Shown one piece after another: positions 11,146 through 21,312 of a stretch of DNA of 64,000 nt. Position 1 is the first letter of the stretch. The number at the start of each line of letters is the position of its first letter. The stretch is from assembly GCA_963805695.1 (NCBI GenBank), contig CAWDVL010000001.1:52653-116652 (forward strand). Reading direction: 5' to 3'. The notes under the pieces were generated by a model. The model was not told where the DNA came from. It ran no database searches and saw only the letters and a list, made by a program, of their open reading frames with translations. A program made the position numbers and the translations under genes. Source of the stretch: an uncultured Acidobacteriota bacterium (GTDB lineage: Bacteria; Acidobacteriota; Terriglobia; Terriglobales; Acidobacteriaceae).

Positions 11146-11202
11146 TCAGCCTTATCTCGAACCAGCCTCTATCTCGAACGGTCTCCGGAATGGCAACTTG
11201 CC

Positions 11203-11493
11203 TTAGGGTTCTTCGGTTTCGTCTTCGTCGCCGCCCTCAACCGAAATCCGCAGCGACTTGAGGAAATTGAGGTCGTTCTGGGTAAATTCCCCCTCTTCGG
11301 CAGCGGACTCGTCCTCGGTGCCCTCTTTCGATCCCACTTCATTGAGTCCGATGGTCGCTTCGAGCATCAGCAGCACGTCGAACCCATGCTTGCGGATATC
11401 CTGTACAACGCCGGCGATTTGCTCGCTCTCGATGACCGATTCGTGGATTGCCTCCCCCAGTTGTTGTATGAGTTCGCGCAAACGAGATGTCAC
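11203..11493 (-). CDS. Hypothetical acidic protein
   Basis: GGAGGT RBS before GTG; LIQQLGEAIHESV...FTQNDLNFLKSLRI reads as a natural protein. Confidence 0.7.
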   Translation of the reverse strand: MTSRLRELIQQLGEAIHESVIESEQIAGVVQDIRKHGFDVLLMLEATIGLNEVGSKEGTEDESAAEEGEFTQNDLNFLKSLRISVEGGDEDETEEP

Positions 11494-11650
11494 TTGGGTT
11501 ACCTCCGACGGCGACCGGCGCGGAAGGAGCGCTGGGAGCGGCATTTGGATTTATATACCTTACGTCCACTGCGGCGTTCCAGCAACTGCGGTAAAGCAAA
11601 TAGGATGCAAAAACCGACGTGTATCGCCGCTGATACCATCATAGTCGGGT

Positions 11651-12076
11651 ATGAAACCGCAGACCATCGGCCGGGTGTTGGGGATCGGGATGCGCCTGGT
11701 GGGACGCATGGCCGGGCAGCGCATCATGGGTCCCGGTTCCGCCGGGACAGTATCCCGGCCGGTAACGATTGAAGGCATGACAGGAGGTGGCGCGAGCGGA
11801 GCCTCCGGACGAACCGCGGGTCGCGCCACGGGAAGCCTCGCCCGAGGCGTCGGCGGATTCTTTAAGCCGTTCCGCAGAGTGGGAAACATCGTATTCCTCG
11901 AAGTCGTGGGACTCTTCTTCTTCGTCTTCGTTTTGGTTTTCTCGCAAACGCTTTGGCGCTCTCGCGCCAGTTACCTGCACGGACCCGATCATCAGAAATT
12001 TCTGGTAGCCGGAGCATTGGTGCTGGTCTTTCTGTACCTGGGGGTCACTTCGTTCTGGCGCGCCAGACGAAAGTAG
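11651..12076 (+). CDS. Hypothetical membrane protein
   Basis: Two C-terminal transmembrane segments (LEVVGLFFFVF; YLGVTSFWRAR). Confidence 0.7.
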   Translation: MKPQTIGRVLGIGMRLVGRMAGQRIMGPGSAGTVSRPVTIEGMTGGGASGASGRTAGRATGSLARGVGGFFKPFRRVGNIVFLEVVGLFFFVFVLVFSQTLWRSRASYLHGPDHQKFLVAGALVLVFLYLGVTSFWRARRK

Positions 12077-12713
12077 GCCGAGACTCATCGTTCGCCCCGG
12101 CTCCAAAACGCGGCGCGACCGCGTAATTTAACTGCACCAGCACAATGACCCCGATGCTCAGCCAGGTGCTGATGAAGCACAACGCGGCCCCGGCAGCATA
12201 GAGCGATTGCGCGATGAGGATTCGCCGGCAGATGCTGTTTCGGATCTCTTCCGGGGTGTCGTCCTTTATGAGGTTTGCCCGGGTGGCATGGGCCCAGCTC
12301 CAATAGAGCATGGCTCCGGGCACGAAGATGTTCAGCCAATAAATTGCCAGCGCGGCGCGATAGGTGATGAACTCCGCCAGGAGCCTGGTGGAAAGCGGCA
12401 TCATGGTGATCGTGAACAGAAACCCGAGGTGGATCCGGGTGAGATCGCGTGTGCCTTCGGTCAGATGATTGAGCTGGGTCTGTTGCCCGGCCCAGAAGAT
12501 ACCCAGGGTAAGGAAGCTCATTCCATAGGCGACCCACTGGGGACCGAGCGCGCCGAGCGCCAGCAGCAGGTCGCCCTCGGAGTGGACCTGGGCGGCCGTG
12601 GGGATATGAATATCGAGGACAAGAAGAGTCATCGCCACGGCAAAAATGCCGTCGCTGAGAGCAGCGAGCCGATCAAGGTTACGGCCCTGGATCCGGTTAT
12701 AGAGAGTGGGCAT
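12045..12713 (-). CDS. TMEM175-family potassium channel (DUF1211)
   Basis: R..ALSDGIFAVAMTLLVLDI signature and about six TM helices. Confidence 0.88.
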   Translation of the reverse strand: MPTLYNRIQGRNLDRLAALSDGIFAVAMTLLVLDIHIPTAAQVHSEGDLLLALGALGPQWVAYGMSFLTLGIFWAGQQTQLNHLTEGTRDLTRIHLGFLFTITMMPLSTRLLAEFITYRAALAIYWLNIFVPGAMLYWSWAHATRANLIKDDTPEEIRNSICRRILIAQSLYAAGAALCFISTWLSIGVIVLVQLNYAVAPRFGAGANDESRPTFVWRARTK

Positions 12714-12885
12714 GGCGCATATTTTTCAGTGAGCGAAACAAAGGCGTCCTATTGTCCCGTTTTCGCGCAAGATCACGCGCATCAGGAGGATTCAGACACT
12801 TATGTTCGCTTTGTGACCAAGCAATTTAACCGCATTTCCAGTATCATGGAGATGGCCCTCTAGGCAGGTTTGGAGGTGGACATTT

Positions 12886-13083
12886 TTGGCAGAAGTTCGT
12901 GTACAGGAAGGCGAACCGCTCGAGAATGCGCTACGCCGGTTCAAGCGCAAGGTACAGCAGGAAGACATCATCAAGGAAGTCAAGCGTCACTCCTACTACC
13001 TGAAGCCGGGCGAAAAGCGTCGTGTGAAAGCAGCTTTGGCGCGCAAGCGGAATCGCAAGAAGGCTCGTAAAGAGCAGGACTAA
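12886..13083 (+). CDS. rpsU: 30S ribosomal protein S21
   Basis: GGAGGT RBS, TTG start; EGEPLENALRRFKRKV...HSYYLKPGEKRR. Confidence 0.96.
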   Translation: MAEVRVQEGEPLENALRRFKRKVQQEDIIKEVKRHSYYLKPGEKRRVKAALARKRNRKKARKEQD

Positions 13084-13427
13084 TTCAAGCAGTCCTTCCA
13101 TCGGGCGGCGATGGTGTCACCCGATGGAGGGCCTGGATGCTCTATAACCGTTACGTTTGAAGTGCTCCGTTCCTTTCCCTGCCGACTTTTGAAAAAGAAG
13201 CGGCCGGGGCGCGACATGCGTAACCCGCAATCGACTGCGCACCGTCTGGTGACGGTGTGGTGTCATTTTGGTCTTCGCGAATTTCGGAAGACGAGATATT
13301 GCCGCCAATTCTTAAGACGCGGCCCGGGCCCTAGTTGCTGAACAACGTACGAAGACAGGGAAACGGGACCGGCGCATCCGAGGTCATGGCCGATTTCAGC
13401 AGGTTCCCTGCTTCGGGGAAGCCGGCC

Positions 13428-13753
13428 ATGGAATTCACGGATAAGGTACTCAAGTGTGTTGATTGCGGCTCCGAATTCATCTTTACCGCAGGCGAGCAGC
13501 TATTCTTTCACGACAAGGATTTCAAGAACGACCCCAAGCGCTGCAAACAGTGCAAGGCGAAGCGCGCCAATGGGGGTCCCAGGGTAAGAACCGAAACCAG
13601 GACCACTGCTCGGCGTGCGGTCTGGAAACCACCGTTCCTTTCCGGCCCACGCAGGGCCGGCCGGTGTTGTGCCGCTCTTGTTTCCAGAAGAATCAGACCG
13701 TACCACTGCCGGGCGGTTCCCCTTCGCCGGGGCAGCCGCCAACTGTTAGATAA
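13428..13753 (+). CDS. Double zinc-ribbon protein (zf-trcl plus CxxC-x17-CxxC), one frameshift
   Basis: DKVLKCVDCGSEFIFTAGEQLFF...PKRCKQCK, then in shifted frame CSACG..TTVPFRPTQGRPVLCRSCF. Confidence 0.85.
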
Positions 13754-13847
13754 CGGCAAAATATATTCATAACTACCATATAATAAAAGACTTCCATTGA
13801 TCGTGCCGCGAACGGAGAAGACGCGGCGGGTCGCGGATAGTTTATCT

Positions 13848-15131
13848 CTATTTCCCCTTTGTCACAGCCCGGTGCCCGATATCGCGGCGATAGTACATTC
13901 CCTCAAATTGGATTTCTCCGACAGCCTGGTAGGCCCGATCCAGGGCTTCCTGCAACGACCCCGCAGCCGCGGTCACCCCCAGCACCCGGCCTCCGGCTGT
14001 CACCGGGTGGCCATCCCGCAATGCCGTCCCGGCATGAAAGACCTGGACGTCCGGGATTCGCGCAGCAGCATCCAGTCCGCTGATCGGAAAGCCGGTCTTG
14101 TAGGAGCCCGGATATCCCGCCGAACTCGCCACCACGCTTGCGGAAGCGCCTTGACTCCAGCGCAGTTCGGTGGCGGAGAGGGTTCCGTCGACGCAGGCCT
14201 CCAGAGCATCGAGAAGATCGCTGTCCAGGCGCATCAGGATGGCCTGCGTCTCCGGATCGCCGAAGCGGGCATTGAACTCCAGCACCTGCGGGTCCACGCG
14301 CGGTCATCATCAGGCCGCAGTACAAGACTCCGCGTAAACGGAGTTCTCCTCCGCGGCCATGCCATCGACCGTGGGCTGGGCGATGTGATGCAGAATCCAC
14401 TCGGTCATGCCGGGATCCAGCATGGAATCAGTCGAATACACGCCCATTCCCCCGGTGTTGGGCCCGGTGTCGCCTTCGCCGATCCGCTTGTGATCCTGGG
14501 CCGGCACCAGGGGCGTTACGTGCTTGCCATCGGTGAGGCACAGGAAACTGATCTCGTCGCCCTCGAGAAACTCCTCGATCACCACCTGGTGCTCCGCCGC
14601 GCCCAGCAGGGCGCCGGTGAAAAGCCCACCGGCGGCTTCAACCGCGGTGCGATGCGACTGGCAGATGATGACTCCCTTGCCGGCGGCCAGCCCGTCGGCT
14701 TTCACCACGATGGGAGGATGGAAGATCTCTACCGCCTTTTCCAACTCGTCGGTGCTGGAGCAAACGGCATAGTTTGCCGTGGGGATGTTGTGCCGCTGCA
14801 GAAACCGCTTGGCGAAGCCCTTGCTGGTCTCGAGCATGGCTGCGGCCCGCGGTGGGGCCGAAGACCCGCAGGCCGCGCTCGTCGAAGGGCATCCACAATG
14901 CCCAGCGAAAGGGGTAATTCCGGGCCGACGACGGTCAAGTCCGGCCGCTCCGCCTCGACCACCGCGATCATCGAATCCAGATTTGCGAGATCGGCCGGAA
15001 CACACCGGGCTATCTCGCGCCATGCCGCCATTGCCCGGCGCGCAGACCAGTTCCGTTACCCGCTCGCTCTTTTTGATTGCCCATGCCAGCGCATGTTCGC
15101 GTCCGCCAGACCCAAGGATCAAAACCTTCAT
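13848..15131 (-). CDS. purD: Phosphoribosylamine--glycine ligase, frameshifted
   Basis: MKVLILGSGGREHAL, VKADGLAAGKGV, QDHKR..EGDTGPNTGGMG, EFNARFGDPETQ, YRRDIG across frames. Confidence 0.95.
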
Positions 15132-15286
15132 TCCAATCGCCTCTTGCGGCTCCGATCTATGCCGGAACTCCCAAGGGTATGGTCGGCAATCGGACGATGG
15201 AAGTCAAACCGGCCCACACCGTCCGTCACATTACGCTCGCCTATACTGACGTGTGGCCAGCCAATCCTGAAGGTTGGCCCTGAACC

Positions 15287-15472
15287 ATGGCCGAGCCTCG
15301 CATTCAACCAAACTCGCATTCCGCCGCAGACCCCCAGCGAGCCGAACAGAGGCGCCTCTATCGGCGCAACCAGGTGTTCGGGCTGCTGATCGTGGCGGCG
15401 GTCATCGTTGCGTGGTGGCTGTTCCACACCAATCCCAGGTGGATCTTTCCGCCCGGCTGGTGGCGCCTGTGA
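15287..15472 (+). CDS. Small hypothetical membrane protein
   Basis: Single TM helix, W-rich C-terminus; stop overlaps the miaA start (GTGA). Confidence 0.6.
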   Translation: MAEPRIQPNSHSAADPQRAEQRRLYRRNQVFGLLIVAAVIVAWWLFHTNPRWIFPPGWWRL

Positions 15473-16440
15473 GTCCTTCGCGGACGGATCCTTCGCGGAC
15501 GGCGGACGTTCCTGATCATCTTCCTGACTCTCGGGCCGTACTGATCCTTGGCCCGACCGGCAGCGGCAAGACGGCGCTTATCCCTGGCGCTGGCGGAACG
15601 CTTCAGCGGCGAGATCGTCAGTTGCGATTCAGTTGCGGTCTACCGTGGCATGGATCTGGGTACGGCCAAGCCTTCGCCGGACGAACGGGCGCGATTCCCG
15701 CATCACCTGATTGACGTTGCCGACCCCGATCAGCCGTTCACGGCTGGCGCCTACAGCCGTGCGGCACGAGCCCTGCTCAGCGAAATCTCTTGCCGGGGAC
15801 GCCTGCCCATCGTCACCGGCGGAACCGGCTTGTACCTTCGCGCGCTGACAGAAGGCCTGTTCGCCGGGCCCGGAGCGACAGGAAGACCTGCGCTCGCGTC
15901 TGCGGCTAAGCCGCGAACGGCACGGTCCCGGATGGCTGCACCGCCTGCTCGCCCGGCTCGATCCCCCATCAGCCGCGCGCATTCACGCCAACGACACGGC
16001 CAAATTGATTCGCGCCATCGAAGTCTGCCTGGCTGCACGACAGCCCATGTCGGAGGTTTTGTCGCGCGATCCGCTGACCGGCTTCCGGCTGCTTCGCATC
16101 GGACTCAACCCGCCCCGCCGGCTGCTGTACGAACGCCTCAACCAGCGATGCGCCGCAATGTTTGCCGCAGGACTGGTGGAGGAGACGCGCGGCCTCCTCG
16201 CACGCTATGGCCCAGTGAAGGCTTTGGACTCGCTCGGATACCGCCAGTCAGCCGCTGTCCTGGCGGGCGCGATGACCGAGCAGCGAAGCCATCGCCGCCG
16301 CCCAGCAGGGCCATCGCAACTACGCCAAGCGGCAATTGACATGGTTCCGCCGCGAGCCCGACGTCCACTGGATCGAATCCTTCGGGGAGGAGCCCGGCAC
16401 CATCGATCTTGCGGCGAGGCTGGTCACGTCCGGCCTTTGA
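15469..16440 (+). CDS. miaA: tRNA dimethylallyltransferase, frameshifted
   Basis: GPTGSGKT, SCDSVAVYRGMDLGTAKP, TGGTGLY, RNYAKRQ.TWF across frames. Confidence 0.93.
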
Positions 16441-16527
16441 CCCTCGCGCTGCGGCCGGGGCACCCGATCCCGCTCCTTTAAACTGGACCGTGGCATGAGG
16501 CTCGGCACGCCTCGGAACGGAGCCGTT

Positions 16528-17956
16528 TTGGAAGACACATTGTTTGACGTGGCAATCATCGGCAGCGGGCCGGCAGGATACACCGCCGCCATTCGCGGTG
16601 GGGAGTACAAACTGAAGGTCGCGCTGATTGAGGCGCGGACCGGTGCTGGGCGGGACCTGCCTGCACGTGGGTTGCATTCCCACCAAGGCCCTCCTGTTCA
16701 ATGCCGAGATCTGGGACCACCTCAAGCACGCCGCCGAATACGGCATCGCCGGCATCGGCACGCCGCAACTCGACTGGGCCGCGGTGCAAAAAAGCGCAAG
16801 AACGCCATCATCAACAAGCACACCAAGGGCCTCGAGTTCCTGATGAAGAAAAACAAGGTGACCGTGATTTCCGGCTACGGCAAGCTCACCGGCCCGGCAA
16901 ACGACGGCGTCCACACCGTCGAACGTAACCGGCGGCCCCAACGGAGAAACGCAGCAGATCCAGGCGAAGAACATAATCCTCGCGACAGGCTCCGAAGCGC
17001 GAACGCTCTTTGGCCAGCAGCCCGACGACCGCATCCTGACCAACATCGAAATCCTCGCAGTGAACGAGCCGCCCAAGTCGCTGATCGTGATTGGCGCGGG
17101 CGCGGTGGGAGTTGAGTTCAGTTCCATCTTTCGCAGCTTCGGCACCGAGGTCACCATTCTCGAATACCTGCCCCGTGCGGTTCCTGTCGAAGACGAAGAC
17201 ATCTCCAAGGAACTCACGCGGCTCTTCAAGAAGCGCGGCATCGACGTAAACGCCGGCTGCAAGGTCGAGAAGATCGAGAAGATCGACACCGGCGTGAAGG
17301 TCTCGTGGACGACCGCGAACGGCAAGGCGCAGGAGAAGGAAGCCGAGAAAGTCCTGGTGGCCGTGGGCCGCGCGCCGCGCACCGAGAATGTCGGCATCGA
17401 AACCACCAAAGTCGAACTCGACCGCGGATTCGTGAAGGTCAACGAAGTCCAGGAGACGGCCGAGCCGGGCATCTACGCCATCGGCGACATCGTGGCCGGC
17501 CTGCCCCAGCTTGCCCACGTGGGCGCGATGAGCGGCATGGTGGCGATGGCGAAGATCGCGGGTCGTCCGTACCGTCCGGTGCGGCGCGATCGCATTCCCG
17601 GATGCACCTACACCGATCCGCAGATCGGCTCGGCTGGCCTCACCGAGGCCCAGGCAAAAGAGAAGGGCTACGAGGTCAAAGTCGGGAAGTTCCCGTTTGC
17701 GGGGAATTCCAAGGCCACCATCGTCGACAGCCACGATGGATTCGTGAAGATCGTCTCCGATGCGAAGTACGGGGAGATTCTCGGCGTGCACATCATCGGC
17801 CCGCAGGCCACGGAACTCATCGCGGAAGCGGTCGCGGTCATGGAACTTGAAGGCACGGTGGATGAGCTGATGTTCACCATTCACGCGCATCCCACGTTGT
17901 CCGAAGCGATGCTCGATGCGTATGCGGCAGTTGAGGGAATGGCGATCAACGCATAA
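16528..17956 (+). CDS. lpdA: Dihydrolipoyl dehydrogenase, frameshifted
   Basis: [37 protein letters not shown]. Confidence 0.95.
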
Positions 17957-19163
17957 GCGACGGAGCGATTTCTGTTTCGCTCGCGGGTTTTAGCAACGAG
18001 CAATAGGTGTGGATCATGCGTTCCACGTAATGCGAGACCGTGAAGCGGCTTTCAACTTTGGCTCTTGCGGCGATGCCCATTGCGTGGGTCGCGTCCCGAT
18101 TTTGGAAGTGCCAGCGAATCGCCTGTGCCAATGCGGCCACGTCTCTTTCCGGCACGATCGTTCCATCTTCACCGGGCGTCACGCAGTCCTCCGCTCCCGA
18201 GGCCCTGGTGGCAATCACGGGCAGACCGCAAGCCATTGCCTCGAGCAGCACCCGCGCCAGTCCCTCATTCACCGACGGAAACGCAAACACTTCGGAGTTG
18301 CGGTACCAGTCCGCGACCCGATCCGCCGGCAGGAACCCGGTGAATCGCACATTGGGTGTTGCGTATTGGCGAACGATGGACTGCATCTCCGTCGCTACTT
18401 CGCCGATCAGGACCAGTTCGGCATTGGGTAGGGCAAGCTGCTTCCAGGCTTGGAGAAGATAGACCACGCCCTTTGCAATTTCCACGCGTCCCGTATAACA
18501 AACCCGAAATACGTCCGGCGAAGCGGGGACCTCCGGCGGTTTGAAGAATTCCGAATCAATGCCAGCATGGACCACCAGTGCTTTTTGCCCAAACCCAGCC
18601 CGGGCGAAACTTTCGCGCGCGATCGTTGACGGGACGACAATGTAGTCTCCCGCTGCGAACTCCGCTTCCATGCGCCGGATCAACGCAGAAGAAAGAACTG
18701 CGCGGCATTCCCATCGGCGGATACCGAACATCTCACACTCCTCGAGCACCGCCTTCTGCCAGTCGCGCGGATGCATCGACGGATTCTCAATCATGGTCAC
18801 CGCCCCGTGGCGTTTCGCTGCGCGCAGGCCGGCGAGACAGAGGCCGTTCCAGCCATGAAAGATATCGCTGGCGGGAAGATTTCGCGAGAGCAGCCAGTCT
18901 TGGTAGGTGGTAGAAATGACCACCGGAAAATGTCGCGAGAATTTGCTGCCGGGCAGGCGTCTCCATGCGGCCCAGAGGATTCGACTGAATTGACGGTAGT
19001 GAGGATAGCGCCGAACGATTTTCAGGCTGGCGTTCCCATCCGGATCCTGGATTTCGGGGACAATGCCAAACGACAAAATCCGGCTCAACATCCCATCGCG
19101 CAGCAGCCTGAGGGCAACCTGCTTCTGGAACGACTGGGAGCCAAGGCTGAGCGTGACCTTCAA
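17946..19163 (-). CDS. Glycosyltransferase family 4
   Basis: GRVEIAKG, FPSVNEGLARVLLEAMACGLPVI (EX7E motif). Confidence 0.9.
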   Translation of the reverse strand: MKVTLSLGSQSFQKQVALRLLRDGMLSRILSFGIVPEIQDPDGNASLKIVRRYPHYRQFSRILWAAWRRLPGSKFSRHFPVVISTTYQDWLLSRNLPASDIFHGWNGLCLAGLRAAKRHGAVTMIENPSMHPRDWQKAVLEECEMFGIRRWECRAVLSSALIRRMEAEFAAGDYIVVPSTIARESFARAGFGQKALVVHAGIDSEFFKPPEVPASPDVFRVCYTGRVEIAKGVVYLLQAWKQLALPNAELVLIGEVATEMQSIVRQYATPNVRFTGFLPADRVADWYRNSEVFAFPSVNEGLARVLLEAMACGLPVIATRASGAEDCVTPGEDGTIVPERDVAALAQAIRWHFQNRDATHAMGIAARAKVESRFTVSHYVERMIHTYCSLLKPASETEIAPSLMR

Positions 19164-19207
19164 ACAGGCCTTTCCTCTTTATCGAGTTTTGTATTGTACC
19201 AGTGCTC

Positions 19208-19253
19208 GGGTGCCCCAGGTTCGGCGCGTCTTTGTTTTTGCGCCTAACCTGGG
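19208..19253. repeat. REP-like palindrome, family A variant
   Basis: GGGTGCCCCAGGTT...AACCTGGG hairpin with the same 5' foot. Confidence 0.7.
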
Positions 19254-19482
19254 CGGGCATGAACCTCAACCAAAATCACACGGTCAGAGACCTGACAGAG
19301 GAAGAAGACCATACACCAAATCGATGCAGTGAGTATAGAACGGCGGTTCCGGCTCTTTATTCCAGCGAAGGCGTCCGCCGGCCCGGATCCTGAGACGCTG
19401 TCATTGCATCTATGGTTGAGGGGCGTATACTCGCTCTCGTACGGGTCGCATCCTGAGTTTGCGGAGCGGCACTGGAGAAAAC

Positions 19483-20379
19483 ATGAGTCTGACCAACTTC
19501 CCCGGCGGTGGACCCTCTTCCACCGGAATTCCCGTAACCAAAGTGACCATGCCCGCCCTTGTCGAGATGAAGCGGCAGGGCAAGCCTATTTCTGCGCTTA
19601 CCGCGTACGACTACGCGACCTCGCGCCTGGTGGACGAGGCCGGCATCGACATGATCCTGGTGGGGGATTCGCTGGCCATGGTGGTTCTGGGCCACGACAA
19701 CACCCTCGCCGTCACCGTGGACGAAATGCTTCACCACACGCGCGCCGTTCGCCGCGCGGTCCGCCGTGCGCTGGTCGTCGCCGACATGCCCTTCGGCAGC
19801 TATCACGGGACTGTTGCGGAAGGCGTCGCCAACGCGGTGCGCTTCCTCAAGGAAGCCGGCGCCGAGGCGGTAAAGATCGAGGGGCCGCGCGTGGAGTTGG
19901 TGCACGCCCTCACCGATGCGGAGATTCCCGTCGTTGCCCACCTGGGCCTGACGCCGCAAAGCCTGCACCGCATGGGCGGCTATCGAGTGCAGGCCCGAAC
20001 CGTTGAAACCGTGATGCAGCTGAAGGCCGATGCGCAGGCGCTGGCCGACGCGGGCGCAGGCGTGCTGGTGCTCGAAGGCGTGCCGCGCGAAGCGGCCGCC
20101 GCCATCACCGCGGAGTTGCCCATTCCCACCATTGGCATCGGCGCGGGACCGGATTGCGACGGCCAGATCCTTGTCTTCCACGACCTCGTCAACATGACGT
20201 TTGCGCCGCCCGCCAAGTTCGTCCGCCGTTATGGCGATGCGGCGGCCCTCATCCGTTCGGCCGTGGAGCACTATCGCGAGGACGTCGAGCATCGCGCCTT
20301 CCCATCCGACGAGGAAAGCTACCATCTCTCTGACGCCGTGCGCAGGGCTCTCGAAGACCGGGTGTTGCGCGAAGCCTGA
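19483..20379 (+). CDS. panB: 3-methyl-2-oxobutanoate hydroxymethyltransferase
   Basis: LTAYDY, LVGDSLAM, ADMPF, AHLGLTPQS, TIGIGAG..CDGQILV. Confidence 0.97.
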   Translation: MSLTNFPGGGPSSTGIPVTKVTMPALVEMKRQGKPISALTAYDYATSRLVDEAGIDMILVGDSLAMVVLGHDNTLAVTVDEMLHHTRAVRRAVRRALVVADMPFGSYHGTVAEGVANAVRFLKEAGAEAVKIEGPRVELVHALTDAEIPVVAHLGLTPQSLHRMGGYRVQARTVETVMQLKADAQALADAGAGVLVLEGVPREAAAAITAELPIPTIGIGAGPDCDGQILVFHDLVNMTFAPPAKFVRRYGDAAALIRSAVEHYREDVEHRAFPSDEESYHLSDAVRRALEDRVLREA

Positions 20380-21221
20380 TGGAAGTCATTCGCACCGTAC
20401 ACGAACTGCGGAGGTGGGCGCGCGCCGACCGCTATGAAGGAAATACCATCGGCATCGTGCCCACCATGGGCGCGCTCCACGAGGGCCATGCGTCACTGAT
20501 TCGCGCCGCGCACAACCAGTGCGGTTTGGTCATCGTCAGCATCTTCGTCAATCCCACGCAATTCGGTCCCAACGAGGACTTCGCGCGCTATCCGCGCACC
20601 TTCGAGGCTGACTGCGCGTTGGCAAGAGCGGAAGGCGCGGACCTGATCTTTGCTCCGTCGGTCGAGGAACTCTACCCACCGGGTGCGGCCACATTCGTTG
20701 AAGTCGAAGGCCTGGGCAATCGTCTCGACGGAGCGTCACGGCCAGGGCATTTCCGCGGCGTGGCGACGGTGGTTGCGAAGTTGCTCATCGCCACCGAAGC
20801 GGATCTTGCGTTCTTCGGACAGAAGGACGCGGCGCAGGTTGCAGTGCTGCGCCGGATGGTGGCCGATCTGCGGCTCCCAGGAAGGATTGTTGTTTGTCCC
20901 ATCGTGCGCGAGCCCGATGGACTTGCCCTCAGTTCGCGCAACGCCTATTTGAATGCCGAAGAGCGCAGACACGCTCTGGTCTTGAGCCGCGCAGTCCGCC
21001 GAATTGAACTGATCGTGGCTGCCGGGGAACGTCGCGCCGCCGCTCTGATCAGCGAGGCCAGGGAAATCTTCGCCGCCGAACCCGCCGTCCGTGTGGACTA
21101 CATCGAGTTGGTCAACTGGGACACGCTGCTCTCCGTTGAGACAGCTTCGCCCGGTTCCCTGTTCGCGGTCGCCGCATGGGTCGGCAGCACTCGCCTGATT
21201 GATAACACGATCATCGCTTGA
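20379..21221 (+). CDS. panC: Pantoate--beta-alanine ligase
   Basis: VPTMGALHEGH, FVNPTQF, RPGHF.GV, FGQKD, GLALSSRN, RLIDN. Confidence 0.97.
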   Translation: MEVIRTVHELRRWARADRYEGNTIGIVPTMGALHEGHASLIRAAHNQCGLVIVSIFVNPTQFGPNEDFARYPRTFEADCALARAEGADLIFAPSVEELYPPGAATFVEVEGLGNRLDGASRPGHFRGVATVVAKLLIATEADLAFFGQKDAAQVAVLRRMVADLRLPGRIVVCPIVREPDGLALSSRNAYLNAEERRHALVLSRAVRRIELIVAAGERRAAALISEAREIFAAEPAVRVDYIELVNWDTLLSVETASPGSLFAVAAWVGSTRLIDNTIIA

Positions 21222-21231
21222 TCTCGGGACT

Positions 21232-21263
21232 GGGTGCCCCAGGTCTCGATTTTGAGACCTGGG
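21232..21263. repeat. REP-like palindrome family A
   Basis: Identical to 6289-6320. Confidence 0.85.
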
Positions 21264-21312
21264 TTGGATGGAGTCTCGCCTGGTGACGCATGCCCGGCGT
21301 TACCATTCCTCC

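Noticed and set aside
15474-15502. Tandem repeat with 15-bp period (TCCTTCGCGGACGG twice) at the miaA start
   Set aside because: A simple in-frame duplication in a disordered N-terminus with no sign of function.
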